Part shown: piece after piece, positions 16,537 to 23,411 of the stretch
How the letters are laid out: the number at the start of each line of letters is the position of its first letter
Position numbering within the stretch: the first letter of the stretch is position 1
NCBI GenBank assembly: GCA_011605725.1
Contig: JAAOZP010000006.1
Location: 1 to 23,411, forward strand
DNA: 23,411 bases
Direction of reading: 5' to 3'
Origin: Nitrososphaerota archaeon
GTDB taxonomy: Archaea; Thermoproteota; EX4484-205; JAAOZP01
Translations under genes and position numbers: made by a program
Notes under the pieces: generated by a model
What the model saw: only the letters and a program-made list of their open reading frames with translations
What the model was told of the DNA's origin: nothing
Databases searched by the model: none

Positions 16537-16890
16537 TTAGTACAATAATAGGGGTCTCTCCTTCAGAGTTCCGGTTGCGGGGTCGACTTCGAAGCCGAGG
16601 GTTTCTAGGACAACGACGCCTAGCAAAACCCTGTCTATGAAATCAGATATCCACACGTCGAAAGGCCCCTCCTTATCCTTCAACCTTATCCATGCCCTCC
16701 CTCTTTTCACCTTAACCATTCCGGCTCCAGTCATGACTTTCTCCTCGCTGACGGGCTCGATCCCAATTTCCTTAGCGATTTTTTCAGGCAGCGCTGTCAG
16801 AGTTGCCCCCGTGTCAACCAATGCTTTCAATTTTACAGGCTTCTTCCTTTCTAAGCTTGACACCTCTATCTCAACCCAAGAATGCCCCAT
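16537..16890 (-). CDS. Clan AA (retropepsin-like) aspartic protease
   Basis: ALVDTGATLT catalytic motif and VLLGVVVLETLGFEVDP; 117 aa. Confidence 0.9.
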   Translation of the reverse strand: MGHSWVEIEVSSLERKKPVKLKALVDTGATLTALPEKIAKEIGIEPVSEEKVMTGAGMVKVKRGRAWIRLKDKEGPFDVWISDFIDRVLLGVVVLETLGFEVDPATGTLKERPLLLY

Positions 16891-17789
16891 TTTACTCTAG
16901 TAAAGAGAGTGAGGCTTACGGTATTTAAACGTTATAACACGGTTGGAATCTCATGGAGCCATCGGAATAGACGCTTCCATGATCGCCCAGGCAGCGTGTT
17001 CTAAAGCGCGCGTGCTAAATGTGTATAGAATTACTGAGTAAACTAGCATCTATCTCCAGAGGGGTCTTTATACCTACAGACATAGAAGAAGACTGGCCAA
17101 GAATACTTTTCGAGAAGGAAAAAACGTCTGGGCTCTGATACTCGAATGTTTACTTCACTTCCAGAGGAAAGAGGCATGGGATCCAGTTTAGCTTTAATTG
17201 CGACTTTTGGAAATTGAGCGGCTAATAAAACAGGTAAATAGCCTGATCGAAGATAATGGTTATCAATACTATGACGTACCGGACAGTGGGCAAGTGGCAC
17301 TTCTGGTTGCGTTCAGAGAGGATGGATGCTAATCACTGTGAATAAAATGGGTCGTTTTTATTTTAGGAAAATGCTGAGACGAATCTCTATCTTTTGATTC
17401 CGTAGTAGATATTCAGTCAATTGCTATCCCCTCCTGAAGCAGACCTTAATTTCTGCATATACCCGTTGAATTTGGCATCGCTTATGACCCCTTCCTTATC
17501 AAAGATTGAATGTACTTTCTTAGACCCTTCCCGTTCCATTTCATACCTACAGGCTTCTAAATCTTCACAACGAGCTTGGTAAACTCTTCAGGTGGCTAGG
17601 AAAGAATTGTGAATTCTAAAGGTTTATAAGGAATTAGAGTTTATATTTCTATAATGAAAGTGAACGGTGAATTAAAAAAAGAGAAAAGTTGTTGTTATTG
17701 CATATTGGGATGATAAATTACTTAAAGATTTTGATGCTTAGGATTCATCCTTTCTCCAAAAGAGGAAAACTGAAAGTTTAAGAATTAAA

Positions 17790-18255
17790 TAAGTGCGCGA
17801 TACTTCGGCCCAGAATTATACTCTTTTCTCCCCTGTTTGAATTCCTGAATGGTGATGAGGTAAAAGCTGTTGTTGCCCACGAGATAGGGCACATTGTGAA
17901 CAAGGACCACCTAAAGTATTATTCGGGCTTATAATATGGATAATAGGCATCGAGATTCTTGCCCTATCCATTTACTATAAGCTTGTCGGAGACAGGGCTG
18001 GGGACATTCTTTTCTTTCTTTCAATGTTGCTAGCATTCTTTTTCCCTCTTCATATCATCTTATTACTGGAGAAGAATGGAGCTTAAGGCTGACCTATATG
18101 CATCGCGTGTTGTGGGAAAGGAAACATACATCTCTGCATTGAGGAAGCTGGCTGGGCACAACCTTCTCCCTCTTGACTGGGGAAGCGAGGATCACCCTCC
18201 AATGGAGAGGAGGATAGAATATATACTCAAAAATTGTAAGGATAACAGGTATTAG
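17790..18255 (+). pseudogene. M48/HtpX-like zinc metalloprotease pseudogene
   Basis: EVKAVVAHEIGH (HEIGH at 17878-17892), then TM segments, RRMELKADLYA and DHPPMERRI. These are split across frames by at least two frameshifts and a stop. Confidence 0.85.
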
Positions 18256-18367
18256 CGCTTCTTTCCCCTCCTGGAGATATTTACGGCAGGAAAAGATGTT
18301 TTAGGCACTGAAAAGCGAAGAGTAGAGCCAACGCGTCTCGAAATGTCTCTACAACTTTACAGGAAAG

Positions 18368-18417
18368 TTTATGAATATGTTCATGATGATTGTAATCATG
18401 ATGAACACGTTCATAAA
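18368..18417. promoter_or_regulatory. Triple palindromic operator ATGA-N6-TCAT (15-bp period) over the ATPase promoter and start
   Basis: ATGAATATGTTCAT g ATGATTGTAATCAT g ATGAACACGTTCAT, flanked by TTT and AAA. Confidence 0.7.
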
Positions 18418-19759
18418 TAGGAGCAAGGAGCTAAGCTTTCTAGAAGAGAGGTACCGCTCCCCCAAGGCTGAGCTCATAGTGGTGTATGGGCGAAGGAGGG
18501 TGGGAAAGACCTTCCTTTTGAGGAGGTTTCTCTCAGGAAAAAGAGGCGTGTACTTCGTGGTTTCTAGGCTAGGCAATACTCTTCAAGAGATCTCGGAGGC
18601 GATAGGTGAACAACTAGGTGTTCATCCACCTTTATTACGTCACTACACTGATTTATTCAGCTACATAGCGAAGGAAAGCAGTGATGAAAGGATCATCCTC
18701 GTCATCGATGAGTTTCAGCGATTGGCGGAATACGACCCCACGTTTCTCACAGAACTACAGGCGGCTTGGGATGATTTTCTCAGCTACTCCAAGGTTTTCC
18801 TCGTGCTAAGCGGTTCCTCAGTAGGAGTTGTTGAAAGAGCTGCCTTGTCGTCTTCTTCACCCGTCTTCGGGAGACGCACGGGGCAACTTAAAGTGAAGCC
18901 ATTCACATTTACATGCGTCAAGGAGTTTGTCCCCATGTGGTCGTGTGAGGACAAGGTCAGAACTTATGCAGCTTTTGGAGGGGTTCCCGCATACTTATCG
19001 CTGCTCGACTGCTCCAAGAGTCTTCTTGAAAACATTAAAAATCTAATACTTGAGCCGGGAGGATTACTGCACGAGGAACCATATTTCCTCCTAGCAGCTG
19101 AGACCCGAGAACCATTAAGATACATGACAATACTGGAAGCGATGGCATCCGGATCCACAACCCTCGGCGAGATAGCTTCGAAAAGCGGGCTCTCATCAAG
19201 CGAGTTGCCAAGGTATATGAGGACCCTTGAAGCACTTCTCGACATTGTGGAGAAGAGATATCCTTTGCTAGAGGAGGGGAGACGTGGAAGAGCCAGGTAT
19301 GTTATAAAGGATAATTTCCTCCACTTCTGGTTCAAGCACGTTAGGCCAAGCCTCCACCTTCTTGAGCTCGGGGAAGTAGAACGCGTAGCTAGAAGGGTTT
19401 CAGAGCAACTGGATGAATACGTTTCCAGAATCTTTGAGGAGATTGCACTCGAACACTTTTCCCATTCGGTGCCCGCGCTGAAAGTTGGTAGGTGGTGGCG
19501 GGGCGAAGTGGAGATAGACGGGATAGCTATCGACGAGAAGAACAAAGTCGCATACTTCATGGAGGCGAAATGGTCAAAACATCCTTTAGACAGGTCTGTT
19601 CTTCGGGAGCTCGAAAGAAAAGCCGGAGAATTCGAATGGGGAAAAGAAGGGCGGAAAGAAGTCTACTGCATATACTCTAGAAGCAGCTTCACCTTTGCAC
19701 CCGAAGAAAACGTGAAGCAAGTCAACCTATCGGAAGTCTGCAACCAGCCATGCAGCTAA
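18401..19759 (+). CDS. Archaeal AAA/STAND ATPase with wHTH and a C-terminal DUF234/PD-(D/E)xK domain
   Basis: FINRSKEL, Walker A YGRRRVGKT, Walker B VIDEFQ, SGSS and EVEIDGIA...MEAKW. The start could be 18398 or 18401. Confidence 0.92.
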   Translation: MNTFINRSKELSFLEERYRSPKAELIVVYGRRRVGKTFLLRRFLSGKRGVYFVVSRLGNTLQEISEAIGEQLGVHPPLLRHYTDLFSYIAKESSDERIILVIDEFQRLAEYDPTFLTELQAAWDDFLSYSKVFLVLSGSSVGVVERAALSSSSPVFGRRTGQLKVKPFTFTCVKEFVPMWSCEDKVRTYAAFGGVPAYLSLLDCSKSLLENIKNLILEPGGLLHEEPYFLLAAETREPLRYMTILEAMASGSTTLGEIASKSGLSSSELPRYMRTLEALLDIVEKRYPLLEEGRRGRARYVIKDNFLHFWFKHVRPSLHLLELGEVERVARRVSEQLDEYVSRIFEEIALEHFSHSVPALKVGRWWRGEVEIDGIAIDEKNKVAYFMEAKWSKHPLDRSVLRELERKAGEFEWGKEGRKEVYCIYSRSSFTFAPEENVKQVNLSEVCNQPCS

Positions 19760-19830
19760 GAAAATGTTTAACTTACCAGGGTAGCGCGCGAATGATTGAG
19801 ATATGAGTGGATGGCTGGTGAGAAATATTT

Positions 19831-20115
19831 TCATATTCGACAGACCTCTCTTTTAATGACCCGTATCCTCTGAAACTCCTTTTCAAACACCTTGGCCAGT
19901 TCGGCGCTTCTAATCACAAGCAGTTCTTCGTTACTCTTCTCGTCTGCCTGTTTAGTCCAGTTGAAGCTTCCGATCAAGACGATATACTGGCCGATAATCG
20001 CAACCTTGTGACGCATATGGTACCTGTTAATATCATCCCTGACCTTAACGCCTGTCTCCAAGCTTGGAGAACTCGCTGTATTCAGAGGCTTGTTCCTCCT
20101 CGAAGAGCGCGCGAA
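19831..20115 (-). pseudogene. Phospholipase D (HKD) nuclease fragment
   Basis: MRHKVAIIG (HKD Asp lost), IGSFNWT and SNEELLVI. The upstream part RALFEEEQASEYSEFSKL is in another frame, and the N-terminus is missing. Confidence 0.8.
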
Positions 20116-20432
20116 GGCTTTCAAAATACTTTAGCAGAGTGCTTGCTAGTCTCGTAATAGGGGGCTTTCCTTTAGTGTTGGGGTTCCAGGTCGGCTTCGA
20201 AGCTAATGGTTCGAGGACGACGATACTTGGCAGAACAAGGTTTTGCGAGGCTTAAAACAGCTGTCGAATCGCTTACCCGCGCTCTCCACCGTGAAGGCTG
20301 GAGTTGAATGAAGCTTCTCATGCCTCTATGTGTAGAAACGTGTTTTCATGGTTATCGAAAATGATAACTTTGAATACGCGCTATTTTTGCAGCACAATAT
20401 TTTTATATTTCAACCCGTTTCCAAGAGAAGGC

Positions 20433-21590
20433 TTGAAGAGGCTTGGTTTCATGCTGCTGCTTCTAGCTTTTTCAACCATGTTTTTCAACACTGTTCAAAC
20501 ACCTGCCTACGCTTCTCCTTTCGAGCTTGCTTGCGACGACGGTAAGGCTGGCTACGGTTGGAGCGACTTCTACCCTAGCGGTGCCGCAGTATTGTTCTCC
20601 CCGCCTTCTGCCGGCTGGAGGATAACGGCGGTAAAGATTCATGCAGCATGCATCCTAAAGGGTCCGGCGTCGCTCTTCTACATTCAGATATGGGATGCTG
20701 GCTTAAACACTAAGTATTCTGAGCCGCTTCTCTTCAACAGGGTTTTCAAAAACGCTACTCTAGACTGGTACACGATACGGCTTCCAAACATTGTCGTTAC
20801 CGGAGACTTCTACGTCGTCATCATCCCGATGTTCACCCTTGACGGGCCTCAGCTCTGGATAAGCGTCGACAATAATCCGCCTTTCTCCAACACGAGCCTC
20901 ATCATGAACGTGGATAGGCATACTCCTCTTTTCCACATGAACGCGACAAGCGGGAAACCGGGAGACTTCATGATTAGAGTCATGGGGGAGCCTGCTCCAA
21001 CTCTTCCCGAGCTCAGGCTTGCTTCAGTAGAGTTCAACGATGAGGAGACAGTTATGGTTTTCAACTATCCCGGGGAGGTGAAGAATGCTTGGGCAAGGCT
21101 GACTAGGGTTAACGGCGACCCTGTTGAGTGCCGTGTTTCCAGGGAGGGGTGGAGCATCACCGTCAGGGTTAACGAGACAGGGCTGCTGAACGTTCTAGTT
21201 GAAACTGCCGGGGGAGATGTTGTTGGAGCCGGTTTAAGGATTAACGCCAGCCTGAGGACACGTTTCAAAACTCTTTCAACAAACTATACTGCTTTACAAG
21301 AGTTTTCAGAGGTTTTGCGCAGGATGGTTGAAACCCTTGAAACGGAGAACGAGAACTTGAGAACCCAGGTTAGGGACGCGAATTATGCGACCAGTATTCT
21401 TCAAAACCAAGTTTGGAGGCTGATGGAGAACAATACTAGGCTGGAGCGTCAGACAGCTGAGCTCAGCATGAGCATCGATAGGCTAAGGCTTGAGAACAAT
21501 CTTCTCCTAATCCTCTTAAGCGTGGCGGTGGCTGCTCTCCTTCTCACAGTTACCGTTAGAAGGTTAAGGGTGGGGAAATGGGCAGGCTGA
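20433..21590 (+). CDS. Secreted, C-terminally anchored protein (beta domain, coiled coil, TM helix)
   Basis: TTG start about 25 nt after TTTTATAT, signal peptide MKRLGFMLLLLAF, ELACDDG, a coiled coil, and a C-terminal TM followed by RR. Confidence 0.8.
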   Translation: MKRLGFMLLLLAFSTMFFNTVQTPAYASPFELACDDGKAGYGWSDFYPSGAAVLFSPPSAGWRITAVKIHAACILKGPASLFYIQIWDAGLNTKYSEPLLFNRVFKNATLDWYTIRLPNIVVTGDFYVVIIPMFTLDGPQLWISVDNNPPFSNTSLIMNVDRHTPLFHMNATSGKPGDFMIRVMGEPAPTLPELRLASVEFNDEETVMVFNYPGEVKNAWARLTRVNGDPVECRVSREGWSITVRVNETGLLNVLVETAGGDVVGAGLRINASLRTRFKTLSTNYTALQEFSEVLRRMVETLETENENLRTQVRDANYATSILQNQVWRLMENNTRLERQTAELSMSIDRLRLENNLLLILLSVAVAALLLTVTVRRLRVGKWAG

Positions 21591-23411
21591 GGGTTAAGGC
21601 TGCTGGAGTACTCCTAGCCATCTTAGTCGTCAGCATGGAGTTCACTCCGAAACTACTGGCGTCAAGAGTCTTAGCTCAGCAGGATGGCTACGAGGATTTC
21701 CTGAGCAGGCTTGAAACCTATCTTAAGGATGCTCTCCCACCTGAGTCAGACCCGATAAAGGAGTGCGAGTACATTATTCCTGACGGCTTCAACGCCTCCA
21801 CGGCTGAGAGGCTCTGGAGGATTGTCGGGCCTCTGGTGAGCATGGGCGCGTCCAGAGAGAACATTACGAGTGTGTTGGAAAAGGATTCGCAAAACGGCTT
21901 TCAAACCGGCGGGTTCTTCCTGAACTTCAGCAGCACGATTGTTGAGAAGCATGAGGATGGAAGCGTTATGGTGAAGACCCCGGTTGTCTCCAGCAAGCCT
22001 CTGAACTACACGCATTACAACTCTACTGGTGTAAAGATGCTTTACGAGGCTTGGAACGAGACTCTTGTCAGGCTTTACATGGTTGAGAGGCGCACAGGCC
22101 TATACAGGTATGTCATAAAAGATGTTGAGGAAGGAGTTGTCTTCAGCATCGTCTCGAGGCTCACTGTGAATGTTTACCCTGAGCCAGAAGTTGGGAAAAT
22201 AATGCTTTTCCATCCTGAGGAGAACTGGCCGTGGTTCCTGGGAAACCCGATCATAGCAGTACCGGGTCACTACGAGGAGGTTAAGACCCTTGTCCCTGAG
22301 CATGAGGAGAGCCACAGGGTATTGTTCCCAGCGTACGACCCTGTTATCGTTGAGGGCTGGATTATATACACCACCGTCTCCCAGACGAGCCTAACCCTAG
22401 GCGGGACGCTGGAAATATCCTACTGGGCAGAGTACAGTTCTCTGAATGGGGTGCCAACACCCCTTAATGCTTCCCTTAGGCTGAACGCTCCAGACGCCTT
22501 TGAACCGATAGACAGTGTCGAGAGGATTCTTAACGACACGCATGCCTCAGGAGTCTTCAGGCTAAGGGCTGTTAAACCGGGGCTCCACAACGTCACGCTG
22601 GTCTTAAGCGGGAACGCTTGCTTCGCCACCTGGCCTCCCAGCGAACAGGTCTCCTACGCAATCCTGGTCGTGGGCCCGGAGTCGCCATCCGTAAGCGTAA
22701 GGGTTCTCAACGTGGACCCATCCATCCTTAAGCACGCCGGGCTTCTCTTAGAGCTTGTTAACAACGGTGGGAGTGTTGCACGCAACGTCAGTATTCAGGC
22801 AAGCGGCCTCGACGCGGAGCCTTCGAGCCTAAGCATGGGAGACGTTGAAGCCGGGGGGTTTAGGAGAGTAGAGTTAACGCTCCGCCTCAAGAAGGATTCC
22901 TCAGAAGTAACGATTAGGGCTTACTATAGGGATGAGGAGGGCAATAATTATTTCTCTGAGGCGGAAGCCTGGGTCTGGACGCGGAGCATCTGGGTTCCTG
23001 AACACTACGAGGAGATCAGAGTCCTCGTCCCGGAGCACGAGGAGGCTACGAGGGTCTTCATACCGGGCCTAAACTATTCTACCCACGTGAGGTTCTACAC
23101 GTTGACGTTCAGCAGCCCCGGCTCAGAAATGGTTGCGGCAATGCCCAGTTTCCAGGGGCACTACGGGGGTTTCGAGCTTGTTTCACGCTTAGCCCCAATG
23201 GGGACTGTGGAGCTGAACGCTTCCAAGGGTGCTGAGGCATTTTCCAAGGCTGACTTCATACTGCTCAGCATCGAGCCATACTTCGAGCAGGTCGGGGTCT
23301 TCGAGGAGAAGAATGCTGCGGAAATTCTCGGCGTTAAGCCGGGTTTGCTAAGGAGCAACAGCTCAATCGGTGAATACAGGACTAGGCTGGTCAGCCAGAC
23401 GTGGAGGATTA
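21578..23411 (+). CDS. Large secreted or surface protein with a CARDB/S-layer-like domain (partial, runs off the window)
   Basis: ATG at 21578 (MGRLRVKAAGVLLAILVVS). Segments I translated at 22241 and 22991 are in frame, and I saw no stop. LELVNNGGSVARNVSI...GDVEAGG motif. Missing from the ORF track because it has no stop codon. Confidence 0.82.
   Translation, partial: MGRLRVKAAGVLLAILVVSMEFTPKLLASRVLAQQDGYEDFLSRLETYLKDALPPESDPIKECEYIIPDGFNASTAERLWRIVGPLVSMGASRENITSVLEKDSQNGFQTGGFFLNFSSTIVEKHEDGSVMVKTPVVSSKPLNYTHYNSTGVKMLYEAWNETLVRLYMVERRTGLYRYVIKDVEEGVVFSIVSRLTVNVYPEPEVGKIMLFHPEENWPWFLGNPIIAVPGHYEEVKTLVPEHEESHRVLFPAYDPVIVEGWIIYTTVSQTSLTLGGTLEISYWAEYSSLNGVPTPLNASLRLNAPDAFEPIDSVERILNDTHASGVFRLRAVKPGLHNVTLVLSGNACFATWPPSEQVSYAILVVGPESPSVSVRVLNVDPSILKHAGLLLELVNNGGSVARNVSIQASGLDAEPSSLSMGDVEAGGFRRVELTLRLKKDSSEVTIRAYYRDEEGNNYFSEAEAWVWTRSIWVPEHYEEIRVLVPEHEEATRVFIPGLNYSTHVRFYTLTFSSPGSEMVAAMPSFQGHYGGFELVSRLAPMGTVELNASKGAEAFSKADFILLSIEPYFEQVGVFEEKNAAEILGVKPGLLRSNSSIGEYRTRLVSQTWRI

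Noticed and set aside
16450-17214. Mini-array spacer 5' end matches CTTTTGGAAAT at 17204 and its complement TTTCCAAAAG near 15595
   Set aside because: These are only 10-11 nt AT-rich matches and are compatible with chance. They are worth revisiting only if a regulatory role is shown.
18964-19560. 198-aa antisense ORF
   Set aside because: It is a shadow of the ATPase gene.
21746-23358. Minus-strand ORFs at the window end
   Set aside because: They are antisense to the long + strand ORF starting at 21578.

Overview
Archaeal CRISPR-Cas defence locus. The archaeal assignment rests on TATA/BRE promoters, GGAGGTG RBSs and an archaeal ATPase, and a TACK-like host is an inference. Bases 1-3039 are the trailer half of a long array of 47 repeats of GTAGAATCTCAAAGGAGAATTGAAAG, truncated at the window start and followed by degenerate repeats. 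Facing it on the minus strand is an 8-gene Sulfolobus-Csm-like type III-D effector operon (cas11, three Cas7-group RAMPs, cas10, Cas7, Csx10/Cas5, Cas7). Its Cas10 keeps GGDD but has a dead HD site (HD->RD). The operon ends with an uncharacterised AT-rich PD-(D/E)xK nuclease-like gene that appears frameshifted near its C-terminus. Csx1 (CARF-HEPN) and a Crn1/Csx14-like CARF ring nuclease follow. Next come a VapBC pair, a leader-repeat-spacer mini-array, a clan AA aspartic protease, M48 peptidase and PLD pseudogenes, an archaeal ATPase with a triple palindromic operator, and two secreted or surface proteins. No cas1, cas2, cas4 or cas6 is in the window. Top observations: the oldest spacer is antisense to a conserved bacterial-type 23S rRNA segment; there is a candidate new type III ancillary nuclease beside an HD-dead Cas10; and a solitary mini-array sits between a toxin-antitoxin pair and a protease.
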